Part shown: one piece after another, positions 8,749 through 18,478 of the stretch
Numbering within the stretch: the stretch's first letter is position 1
Layout of the letters: every line of letters begins with the position of its first letter
Origin: Candidatus Saccharimonadota bacterium
GTDB lineage: Bacteria > Patescibacteriota > Gracilibacteria > Absconditabacterales > Absconditicoccaceae
Direction of reading: 5' to 3'
DNA length: 32,000 bases
NCBI GenBank assembly: GCA_965231145.1
Contig: OZ246420.1
Span: 570,001 to 602,000, forward strand
Program-made: the position numbers and the translations under genes
The notes under the pieces: model-generated
Databases searched by the model: none
The model's input: only the letters and a program-made list of their open reading frames with translations
What the model was told of the DNA's origin: nothing

Positions 8749-9012
8749 ATGAGACATTCAAATCACGCATACTACGATGACGAGGAAGAAGATATCAACG
8801 TATCATCCAAAAAAGCTATAACACAATTCGTCGATGATGACGAAGAGATGGGGGGTGTATTATCACCTGAAATAGTAAATTTTGTCCTCACAAATGCTCT
8901 TACTGTACCAGATGGCGTAAGTCCTTCTGAACACTATAAGCATTTGCTTCAAACATCATCAAATTACCTCATACAACGAGGAGTTTGTATGATGCTCTCT
9001 CAACACTGCTAA
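8749..9012 (+). CDS. hypothetical acidic protein
   Basis: 87-aa ORF with ATG and TAA, rich in Asp/Glu (YYDDEEEDI, DDDEEMGG). No family recognised. Confidence 0.35.
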   Translation: MRHSNHAYYDDEEEDINVSSKKAITQFVDDDEEMGGVLSPEIVNFVLTNALTVPDGVSPSEHYKHLLQTSSNYLIQRGVCMMLSQHC

Positions 9013-9032
9013 CAAAAAAAAACAATACTACT

Positions 9033-9224
9033 ATGAGCAACACATCGAGCGACACGCCATTAAACACTGACGCCCACATCATCGATATCGATGAAATGCT
9101 GCGCAATCCAGATTGCGCCAACTCAAATCTGCTCTACATTTACGGAACAACGACGGACAAAACAATAAAGGACAAAATTCGTCCTTATTTAGATTGCCAT
9201 TTCGTAGGTCCGTCTCACCCCTAG
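9033..9224 (+). CDS. hypothetical protein
   Basis: ATG 9033 (MSNTSSDTPLNTDAH...) to TAG 9222-9224, followed by a bidirectional terminator. The track version starts at an upstream TTG that overlaps the previous ORF. Confidence 0.3.
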   Translation: MSNTSSDTPLNTDAHIIDIDEMLRNPDCANSNLLYIYGTTTDKTIKDKIRPYLDCHFVGPSHP

Positions 9225-9265
9225 GCCTTGTGAAAATATATCCAAGCCCCGAAAGCACTACACAT

Positions 9266-9305
9266 GAAAAACCGGCTGGAGAATATTCCAGTCGGCCTTT
9301 TTTTA
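9266..9305. terminator. bidirectional terminator between 9033..9224 and miaB
   Basis: CCGGCTGGA-gaatat-TCCAGTCGG has one G-U or mismatch, flanked by A5 and T7. It overlaps the last miaB codons. Confidence 0.6.
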
Positions 9306-10799
9306 TACTAATTTTCCAAAAAGTTTCATCGGTTCAACTTCGGTAATTTCCACTTCGACAAAGTCTCAAAGCTTAATTCCATGGTCATCTCTGTATCCAT
9401 CATCAGTATCAAGTTTAATAATGATGTTTTTCATATTGTCCGCGTAACCAGAAAAGAACTTATCCGTAACCTTATTGACCATCATAAGTCTCTTTGTTCC
9501 AATTTCTGCTTTATTGTTTTCTTCTGAGATGCGACGAAGAATCTCATTCATCCTCTGCCAGCGCTCTTTTTTCACTTCACGCGACACATCGTCTTTGAGT
9601 TTCTTTGCTGCTATCGTTCCTGGACGCGGTGAATAGATACCCATATAGACCATATCGAATTTTGCATACTCCATCAGATCAAGGGATGCCTGAAAATCTT
9701 CTTCTGTCTCACCACAAAAGCCGATGATAATATCTGTCGTAATACTTATTGGACGTTTTAATGCACGGATATTATCCACAAATTCTTTATATTGCTGTAC
9801 AGAATATCCTCTGAACATAGATTTTAATATCGTATCTGAGCCAGCCTGTAACGGCATGTGAATATGTGGACAAAGTTTTTCTTCCGTCTCGTGTAGCTCA
9901 AGCAATTCTTTTGGAAAATAAGTTGGATACGGCGACGTGTAACGAAGCCGGCGGAGCCCTTCGAGAGGTAAAATCTGACGCAGGATCTCGACAAAATCCG
10001 GATGTTTATTGACGATCTGTCCGAGAAGTGTTATCTCCTCTACTCCTTGTGAAAGATGATATTTTACTTCGGTGATAATCTCTTCGACCGGTCTATTTTT
10101 TTCCAAACCGCGCGAATACGGCACAATGCAATACGCACAAAATTGATTACAACCGGTAGAGATAGGCACATATGCGGTCTTCGTATTGTCTTTAAACAAT
10201 TGATTGGTTCCGTGAGGAATAATAGACGAATACTCATTAGTCAGCTCCACATCACCCTTCACTTCATATCACAATCTTTCTGCAAATTTTGGAAGCAGTC
10301 CAACATCATCGATACGGAAAAACAGTTCTACATTTGGAAATTTCATATTCACTTTTTTAAACAACGGATCGAATGCATAATTCACAAAAGCATAATCACC
10401 CGTCGGGCTATCAAATTTTTCATGACCTTCCAGGTCATCGACGTCGAGGCCAATGATCACAGGGTCGACTGTCTTCACACCTCCAATGAAGTTACCAAGC
10501 TGCAAAGCCTTCTGTTCTTTTTTGTCACGATGTTTGATAATTTTCGCAGTCTTTAAGTAATGTTGCACCATACAACCCGTCATCCATACTTTCTGTGTCG
10601 GCTTCACTTCAGTCATTATACCAAATACTTTGTCTTCAGACTTCTGTCTTACCGAACACGTATCGAAAATAACGATGTCAGCGCTGTCTCTGTCATCAAC
10701 ATATGAAAATCACGCATTGGTCAAAATAGCCTTAATGCGTGCACTGTCAGAATAGTTCATCTGACAACCAAAGATAACGATGTGAAATGTTTTATTCAT
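9303..10799 (-). CDS. miaB: MiaB-family radical-SAM tRNA methylthiotransferase
   Basis: ATG 10799. Three in-frame TGA (about 10710, 10269-10271 and 9366-9368) join the track fragments. The N-terminal domain has FGCQMNYSDS...DTCSVRQKSEDKV. The radical-SAM motif is GCNQFCAYCIVPYSRG. The TRAM tail is [TGA]DFVEVEITEV. The stop is TAA 9303-9305. Confidence 0.85.
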
Positions 10800-10916
10800 C
10801 ATGCTCAATTCGAAATATTAAACGTTAAGTACAATATTATATTTAGAATTTAGAATTCAACATTCAAAATTAGTAAGATAGTAGATAGTAAAGATTAGCG
10901 AGTAAGTTTCAATCTT

Positions 10917-10943
10917 CAAAAAAAACACCGGCTAATCCGGTGT
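10917..10943 (-). terminator. intrinsic terminator after 10932..11405
   Basis: ACACCGG-ctaat-CCGGTGT, followed on the minus strand by a T-run. The stop codon sits in the loop. Confidence 0.55.
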
Positions 10944-11405
10944 CGCTTCATTTTCTGTATGTACGCATGCACGTACAATGGCGTCTCTAATACCCCGACT
11001 CACGATGAAATAATGGAAAAGATACAAAAGACAGAAAACAGCAACAACTGCTATAAGCCATCCAATTTCTTTCATACCCCAGCGTTGATGATTTATAAAC
11101 ATCAGCCAAGCTGCCCCACCTACAATAGCAATAATAGTGAGACACATAATGAGAAAATTTTTCATTTCTGTATGCTGCACATAACTCAACAACCTTTTTT
11201 TCATTTCTATAGAGAGCGGCTCACCACCCTCTTCTAAAATGGTTTTTATAAGTTGATCAAATGCATTTTTTCTTCTGGTATGCGCATACGCATCACCAAA
11301 TGGCGCGTAGAGGCGAGTATCGGTCTCTTCTTTATTTAAATGATCTCGCGCATGTTTCATAACAAACTGATAACAATCTTTCGGTTTCCATATATGCTCA
11401 TTCAT
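10932..11405 (-). CDS. hypothetical membrane protein
   Basis: 157 aa from ATG 11405 (the track starts at an upstream TTG). Two C-terminal TM helices (FLIMCLTIIAIVGGAAWLMF and IGWLIAVVAVFCLLYLF). The TAG stop lies inside a terminator hairpin. Confidence 0.5.
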   Translation of the reverse strand: MNEHIWKPKDCYQFVMKHARDHLNKEETDTRLYAPFGDAYAHTRRKNAFDQLIKTILEEGGEPLSIEMKKRLLSYVQHTEMKNFLIMCLTIIAIVGGAAWLMFINHQRWGMKEIGWLIAVVAVFCLLYLFHYFIVSRGIRDAIVRACVHTENEATPD

Positions 11406-11535
11406 AATAAGAACTTTTTTAGTTTGAGTTAGTATTATATCGCACTTTATAGATGAAGTCAACCGGAAAGTATGGCACTTATACCTATATTTTATTGCTC
11501 TTTGCTAGTAAAAAGATACTCTGAAGAACATATTA

Positions 11536-11606
11536 GCAGCTAGATAGTAGATTTTTAGATATTAGCACTATGATCTGCCAAAATCTATAATCTATCATCT
11601 AAGTGC
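11536..11606. repeat. inverted array of TAGAT words in a divergent promoter region
   Basis: TAGAT at 11541, 11548 and 11556 faces ATCTA at 11583, 11590 and 11597. The period is 7-8 nt and the central gap is about 22 bp. Confidence 0.45.
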
Positions 11607-11628
11607 CTTTTATTAGTAAGTAAGTTCC

Positions 11629-13959
11629 ATGGCCGAGAATACTTCTACTCCTTCATCTAATCAGGCTGCTATCGTAAAGCCAGCTGTTGTGCAGTCTACT
11701 ATCAAAAAATGAAGAAAACTTTCTCCAAAAGCAGTAGTCTTTGGATGTCTTGGATTTATCGCGATATTTATTGTCGGACTATTTCTTGCACTCTACGTAG
11801 GACTCCAAAATCCAAGCAGGCTTATCAACATAGGTATCCAGCCTGCTAACGCAAAAAGCTTACTGATGATCATCGCAGGTGTGTTCTTTGGCGTTATTTT
11901 CCTCTTTGGATTTGGCTTTTTCGCTATCAACACCTATAGACTCGTCAGAAATAAAGGAGGAAGCAGAACAAAGTATCTTGCAGGTATGTTCTTTGGATTT
12001 ATACTCCTTGGTATATCTATTGGTCTTGGTGCTGCTGCAATCACTAGGATACAAGCTCTCAAAGTAGAAAGCTTTTCAAATACTGATGAGCTTGTTATTC
12101 CATATCTTATTACAAGTAGCAATAATACTGCTAATACAAGCTATACCTATGCAAAAGCTCCTGGCATCGCCATGATTGCCCCACTCGATATTGCATATCA
12201 GGTAAATGCTGATGTACTCAATGCAAAATATAGAAACGTCGCAGGCAATACTAACCCGCTTGTTATGGTCCTTGACTGTGGCAATGGTACAAGACAAAGA
12301 GAAAGTCAGAAAGTAAACGGAAATGGATACGTCGCAGGCAATAATGCTTTCTTCGACACCACATGTCTCTATACGCAAAAAGGAACTTACTATCCAACCA
12401 TCACATTTACTTATAGAGACACGGTAAAACAACAAAACCAATCATTCACTCTTGACGCAGCAACTATTACTATCAACGCACAACTGAGTGTTTCAGTTGA
12501 TGGCAAGCCTATCATGACAAACAGTGGAAATTCTGAACTCATCGCTGGAGATGCACCAACGAGAATACAATTGGATGCAAAAAACATCTTCTCTGAAATC
12601 GGCATGCCAGACAATAGTATCATCTGGGATATGGAAAGTGACGGAAGCCCAGATAAGGAAAACAAAGTAACATTTGGATACAACTACATCGATCCAAAAC
12701 TCTATATGGTTTCATATAGATTTCCGGGAGCCGGAGATTTATCAACGCTCTGGTATCACTTTTATCTGAGAGTCAATCAAAGCGACACACCAAGATGTTC
12801 AGTAAGCGCAACTAACGATGGGAACACATACAAGTTTGCAACGCTTTGGTCTGGAGGCATCAGTACAACACAAGAGATTAGCACCTATCGTTGGGAGATC
12901 TATGATATTGATACAGAATCAACTGTTACATCAATACCAACGAGAAACGATTCGCTGGAATATACGTTCAATAAGCAATGAAATTACACCGCAAGACTTA
13001 ACTTTACGACGATTGATAATGCTCAGTGACTATGTGAATCAGAAATTGTGCGTGCGTGAGCTCCAGCATATGATGTAAAATATATCATCAGCTATAGAAA
13101 ACCTGGACAGAGAAACTTCACAGAATTCCCGATGACATGAACTATCTCTCAAAAAGATGATAGAGTCGTTATTGATACCATACCTATTGATCTTCAAATC
13201 CAAGTAACAGACATCTCACCAAAACCAGCCACAGCGGTCATAACAGCAAAAGTAGGTGATATCTTTATGATCAAGAGATCGTCAACACTTTTCCAGTCTA
13301 CAGTGAGTGATAAGAAAGATCAGGCGATTACAATCATCGTTGAAGACGAACAGGGAACGAAAATAGAAAAAGTAATCGACCTCACACTCAATCAGTCTAT
13401 CATACAAGGAGTACTCAAGGCTGATATCTATGCAGGATCAGAACCTCTTACGGTCAATCTTGATGCATCTACCACAAAGCTCAATGATGACAACGACGAA
13501 ATCATCTATTTTACATGGGATTTCGGAGATGGAGAAACAGCAAAAAATGTTTCACAAGGAAAGCTTTCTCATATCTATAAGTTCGATCAAAAAACTCAAT
13601 CAGGACAATATAGACCAAAGGTAACAGTGACTACAAAAAATGGTTTCCAATCAACCTTTGAGATAGATACGCCAATCTCTGTGACAAGAAAAGAATCAAC
13701 GGTAAAATTAACTCTTCCTTCTCATCCTACACAAGTCGCACTCAAAAACACACCGGTCGACATGGAAATGAATTCTGATGGTCCAATCAGTAAGATCAGT
13801 TGGAACTTTGGAGACGGAACAACGTTCTCATGTGATGATAGATCGTGCGCACAAATAAAGCACGGCTACAAAGAAGAAGGAGACTATACGATCAATGTGA
13901 TGGTAGAGTACCAGGATCGCCCTTTCGCACTCGATAGTATCAAGATAAAGATACAATAA
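11629..13959 (+). CDS. membrane-anchored surface protein with multiple PKD-like domains
   Basis: ATG 11629. Five in-frame TGA (11710, 12979, 13027, 13057, 13138) join 11866..12981 and 13267..13959, and all fragments share one frame. There are three N-terminal TM helices. PKD hallmarks are FTWDFGDGETAK...GQYRPKVTVT and ISWNFGDGTT...GDYTINVMV. TGA falls on Gly in FNKQ[TGA]NYTARL and DNAQ[TGA]. The stop is TAA 13957-13959. Confidence 0.8.
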
Positions 13960-13974
13960 ATATACCGTATTGTA

Positions 13975-13999
13975 GGGACGTAATATTTTACGTCCTTAA
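13975..13999 (+). terminator. possible terminator after the PKD protein gene
   Basis: GGACGTAA-tatt-TTACGTCC is an 8-bp stem, but the T tract is weak (TTAATAAG). Confidence 0.4.
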
Positions 14000-14035
14000 T
14001 AAGTAGGAATTTTATGTTTTGAAGCATAAGTTAAT

Positions 14036-15253
14036 ATGTATACATTGAAAAAGATAGCAGGCATAGATGTTATTTTTGCTGCTCATGACAGTAATTCAAC
14101 TACCATCGAGATACTGGTAAAAGCATGATCAATATATGAAACGAGGGAAACAAATGGTATCAGCCATTTTCTTGAACATATGTTTTTTAAAGGAGGAAAG
14201 AAATTTACCAATCCTCACGATGTTGCTGCATATGTTGATACATTTGGTGGCGAGTTCAATGCATTTACTGGAGAAGAATACGCAGGATACTATGTAAAAT
14301 CCGCGCCAGAACATGCGCCAAAGGCGCTGGATATGCTTGCTGATATGATGGTACATCCAACCTTTCCCGAGGAAGAACTGGAAAGAGAAAAGCTTGTGGT
14401 CATACAAGAGTTGAAAATGTATGAAGACAGACCCGATCGTCAGGCATATAATAAGTTTAAAAGATATATGTATGGAGACAATAGTTATGGCCGAGAGACT
14501 CTCTGACCTGAAGCAAATATCCGTGCCTTCACTCAGCAGGATTTGTTTACTCATAAGCGCAATCTTTATACCAAAGACAATATGCTAATTGTCATTGCAG
14601 GAAAGATTCATGACCAAGCGATCCTTGAACAGCTTATTGCATCTTTGTTCCATGAGATTCCTGAAAACAAACTTATAAATGTCCCTGCGTTTGTAGAACA
14701 CCTGCCTGCCAACCCTGTTGAAGTACATAATAAGTGAACACAGCAAACACATGTCGTCATAGGAGCCTGGGGCTATGATAGCACTCAACGCGAAAGATTT
14801 GCTGCATCACTCTTGGGGGTTATTCTCGGAGGAAATATGTCTTCAAGACTCTTTCAAAACATCAGGGAAAAGCTTGGTCTGTGTTATTATATTTATGGTT
14901 CTCACTATGCAAACACAGCAGATGGACTTTTCATCATAAGAGCCGGCATAGAAAAAGAAAGGTTTGAGATGTGAATGGATGCTATCTATAAAGAGATAGA
15001 AAGCATCGCCCAAGGAAATATATCGGAACAAGAATATATGAAAGCACAAGGCTTTATGACTGGCAAGACCCAGATGGGTATCGAGTCTTCGGATGAGCTT
15101 GCAGACTTCATAGGCGCACAACAGCTCTTGAAATGAGAAGTACAAACACTTGAGCAAATTCTCGATGAGTATAAGAAAGTAACGATAGAAGACCTGAAGC
15201 ATGTTGCAAAGAAACTCTCTCGTGAAAATTTGTATACTTACTATATCTCATAA
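14036..15253 (+). CDS. M16 family (pitrilysin/insulinase-like) zinc peptidase
   Basis: ATG 14036. Five in-frame TGA (14126, 14504, 14735, about 14972, about 15134). The inverted zinc motif HxxEH is present in LVKA[TGA]SIYETRETNGISHFLEHMFFKG. The stop is TAA 15251-15253. Confidence 0.85.
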
Positions 15254-15261
15254 GTGTATTT

Positions 15262-15366
15262 CATGCAAACCTCCCCCTTCATTTCCCCTCCTTTACAGGA
15301 GGGACAAATCTGTCTTCCCTGTAAAGGGAAGGTGGCCCGCAATGATCTGGGTCGGATGGGTTTGCT
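15262..15366. other. GC-rich multi-hairpin extragenic island A
   Basis: GCAAACC...GGTTTGC is a 7-bp closing stem. It encloses CCCTCC-tttaca-GGAGGG and CTTCCCT-gtaa-AGGGAAG. It lies between the M16 stop and the terminator. Confidence 0.45.
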
Positions 15367-15371
15367 TTAAT

Positions 15372-15405
15372 AAAAAAAGATCTCCTTGCGGGGATCTTTT
15401 TTTTA
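15372..15405. terminator. bidirectional terminator between the M16 peptidase and the ATPase-S1 gene
   Basis: A7-AGATCTCC-ttgc-GGGGATCT-T8. It overlaps the stop codon of the minus-strand gene. Confidence 0.7.
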
Positions 15406-18231
15406 TTGTTGGCTTCGCACTACTCTCTTTTCACCATTGATATCTTTGAATTCAACTGCTTTAACGCGGATTTTATCTCCGATATTATAGATATCTTTCC
15501 AGTTAATGCCTTCCGGTGCTTTCACAAAGTTTTTATGTAAGAGACCTTCTACTCACTTCACTGTAACGAATAATCCATAGTTATACTTAAGCTTCACAAA
15601 TCCATCGTACCAGTCTCCTATTTTCACATCGTTGATGGTAAAGGTTGTTTTACCCACCATAGGCACTCCTACTTCGTTAATCTTCATAGTAGTGTCAAAT
15701 CATGATGTTTGTCCTACAGCCTTAGCAGGCTGTTGTACTGGAGTTGACACAGAACTCTGAGGCACGCTACTCGTTGCTGACTGCGGATTACTAGCAGGCA
15801 CTGGTTCTTCCTTCTTTAATTCTGAATTCTGCACTTTGATTTCCGCACTTGCTTGCTGCTCATGTTTCCATCTTTCTGTATCAGCAACATCAGGGATAGA
15901 TGAAGTATTATCTATTGCTGGTGAAGCGCCTTCTTGAGCTGCTTCCATCGCTTTTTCCATCGCTTTCTCGACTGGCGAGAAAGTCTTATTTGACCAGATC
16001 TTAATCAGTTCTTCTAGTTTCCCACGCTCCATCGCATAACGCTGACGAGACTGAGTACGTATCTTGTCTTTGATCTCCTGTGAGAGATCCGGCTGTGACA
16101 ATGGCAGTGTCGACATACTAAATACGTCTGACATGATACCATCGACCATCAGTCTTATATACGCACGAAATTTTGGTATCGAAATAAGATCGTTTGCTGT
16201 CAGCAATCATTTGAACTGCTGCGCAATATCTACTGCGTCGTCATATCCTACGTTAAACGAAACGATAGAACCCACGTTACCAAAAATCGCATTACGAATA
16301 GTCTCTGAAAGCTGCGACGTATACTGATTCGCAACAATAAGCGCTAAGCGGTACTTACGAGCTTCGGAAAGGATCACTGCAAACGAGTCTGTTGCAAAGT
16401 TCTGAAACTCGTCAATATGCAGGTAGAAAGGACGTCTTTCCTTTTCAGGAATATTTGCACGAGACATTGCATCGATCTGCAGCTTCGTCACGATAAATGA
16501 ACCAATCATCTCAGTATTATCTTCACCGATCTTACCTTTCGAAAGATTGATCAGAAGGATCTTTCCTTCATCCATTACCTTTCTCATATTAAGCTTCGAC
16601 ATTGGCTGACCAAAGATATTTCTCACGATAGACGACGAAAGGAACTGACCAACTTTATTTGTAATAGGTGCAATGGCTTCATTTCTTTGGACATCTGACC
16701 ACTTATCAAACTCAGCACGCCGAAACTTCATAACGATGGGGTCTTTCACATATTCAAGTACCTCTTCACGGAAATTCTTATCGGTCAATACACGCATGAT
16801 ATGCAACATCGTTGCATTTGGATACTCCACAACAGAAAGCATTACATTACGAAGTACATACTCCAATCTTGGTCCCCAACTGGTACCGAACATCTTTTTA
16901 AATGTAGCAACCACTCACGAAACGATAATATTTTTCTCGTCCTCCGTGTTGTACTGCAGAAGATTAAATCCTATCGGATTTTGACTGTCGGAGACGTCAA
17001 ATAAAATAACGTCGTTAGTACGCCATGATGGGATATGCTCCATAACCGTATCCACAAGATCACCGTGTGGATCGATAAGACACAGTCCTTTGTTGGTATA
17101 CATATGTGATTTGATAATATTCGAGAGAAACGTAGATTTACCAGTACCTGTTTTTCCGACAATATAGAGATGACGAAACGAGTCTTCATCTTTCACACCA
17201 AAGCGAACCTCCTGTCCACGGAAGTCTGTTTTTCCCAAAAGCGTTAATGCATTCTTCTCTGTTGCTTCAGGCGTTGGTAGGTTTGATGGATAGTGAAGCT
17301 TACGATAGACAGAATAATCAAGGGTTTTGATAAAATAATCATTTGTTGGCAAGTGGAAAAAGTTTACGAGCTGTGGAAGCGCAAGTGATGTTGATTTTGG
17401 TTCAGGAATAATAGATGCGCCACCCTTCTGAACAAACTTATTGAAAACAGATTTCATCGCCATTTTCACTCACTGTTGTTTTTGAGCATCCCCAATACTG
17501 GTTCAAAATCCTATGCGCAAACCAAATTTCATAACATCATCTTCTGGTTTCTCTTTTTTCTCATCCTCCTTCTTTACTTCTTTCTTCACAAACATAGCAA
17601 AAAATTTTTTCACAGACTGTATATACTTCTTTCGCGGATCCTCTTTCTTCTTGAAAATATACGAGAATTGAAGCGTCACATTATTCAAATGATCTACTGT
17701 CTCATAAACCGAAAAGATATCTTTCATCGGATCAAGATAGCTTCCATCTTTCGTAAAGTCCTTGTCAGTCGCGATCACATCTTTATCACCATAAGCGACA
17801 TAATCAGTGATAGCAACCTGTGGTATCGCTTCTACAGGAATAAGTTCTGATGTTGGAAAACTTGAGTAAAATACATTTTCAAAATAGAATTGGATACTTG
17901 CCGGTATCTTTGCATACAGCCCTGATGAGTGGTTATTTCCTATGATCAGAAAGTGGATCGGATCAGTGATATCAGAAAAAGACTTAAGAAAACCCTGCCA
18001 GTAACCAGTACCTAAGTCGTTATCTCTAAAAGCTTTGATACGATAGAAAAAATATCCCGATGTAGGGAGCTGTTGTGGTTTTGGTGTCGGAGCAACCTCA
18101 CCCTGCATAGGCTGAGCTACTTGCTCCTTCGGAGCCTGAGTGGTTTTTACTGGTACAGAAATAACCTGCGAATTTTTACTCGCAAGTTTCTTTCCTAACG
18201 ACTCTGCTGCATCAAGTATTTTATCAAGCAT
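15403..18231 (-). CDS. VirD4/TraG-like (FtsK-HerA superfamily) P-loop ATPase with an unknown N-terminal domain and a C-terminal S1 domain
   Basis: Track fragments 17503..18231, 16915..17469, 16207..16914 and 15700..16206 share one frame. They are joined by TGA at 17503, 17470, 16915, 16207 and 15700, and there is one more TGA at 15553. Walker A is YIVGKTGTGKST, Walker B is FYLHIDEFQNF, and LALIVANQYTSQL follows. The C-terminal S1 fold is IGDWYDGFVKLKYNYGLFVTVK[TGA]VEGLLH...GDKIRVKAVEF. The stop is TAA 15403-15405. Confidence 0.75.
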
Positions 18232-18478
18232 AGGGAATTGGGTGAAATGAGGTTTTTACTTACCTTATAAGTATACTGAAATAAGTAAAAAATGCAAAAA
18301 AACGAGAGGAAAAATGACCCTTGGTAATTGTGGCATTATGTCGTTCAAAAGCCACTTATAGCATATTATATCATATTTGAAGAATAGCGCAATATATCTT
18401 TTTTATATTATCTTTACACGCGTAGATATTTGCATATAGAAGGGAAAACACCTCTTAATCCTCTTTTGACCTTCCTCC

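Noticed and set aside
8749-9224. I considered the two small overlapping plus-strand ORFs (8749..9012 and 8985..9224) as one frameshifted gene or a programmed frameshift near the A9 run at about 9012-9020.
   Set aside because: The first ORF ends in TAA before the homopolymer. No slippery heptamer or homology supports a fusion, and an internal ATG at 9033 gives a clean second ORF. Both are left as low-confidence separate calls.
10800-11628. I considered the repeat-rich spacers as a CRISPR array or CRISPR remnant.
   Set aside because: The repeated words are only 5-11 nt, are tandem or inverted, and have no 25-40 nt unique spacers. No cas genes are present.
15265-15365. I tested GC-rich island A as a tRNA gene, possibly the tRNA-Gly(UCA) needed for the recoding, because it has a 7-bp closing stem.
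   Set aside because: At about 101 nt it is too long. It has no D-arm or T-arm (no GTTCRA-type loop), and both internal hairpins have 4- or 6-nt loops rather than a 7-nt anticodon loop. Island B fails in the same way.
17470-17505. I considered the two TGA in the linker as genuine stops that would separate a 242-aa gene from the ATPase gene starting at ATG 17463.
   Set aside because: Under table 25 there is no TAA/TAG between them and both parts are in frame, so a fusion is the consistent reading. I kept this as a caveat, because context-dependent termination cannot be excluded from sequence alone.
15403-18231. I considered treating the many short same-frame ORF fragments (here and at 24970..28020, 29235..30986, 20095..21276, 9303..10799) as pseudogenes or a decayed region.
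   Set aside because: The only interruptions are TGA. They fall on conserved Gly positions of intact catalytic motifs, and no TAA/TAG or frameshift occurs within the stitched genes. Recoding explains all of them at once.
15403-18231. I considered calling the region an integrative/conjugative or mobile element because of the VirD4/TraG-like ATPase.
   Set aside because: The window contains no relaxase, VirB4, integrase, transposase, att-like direct repeats or tRNA target. The flanking genes are ordinary chromosomal genes.
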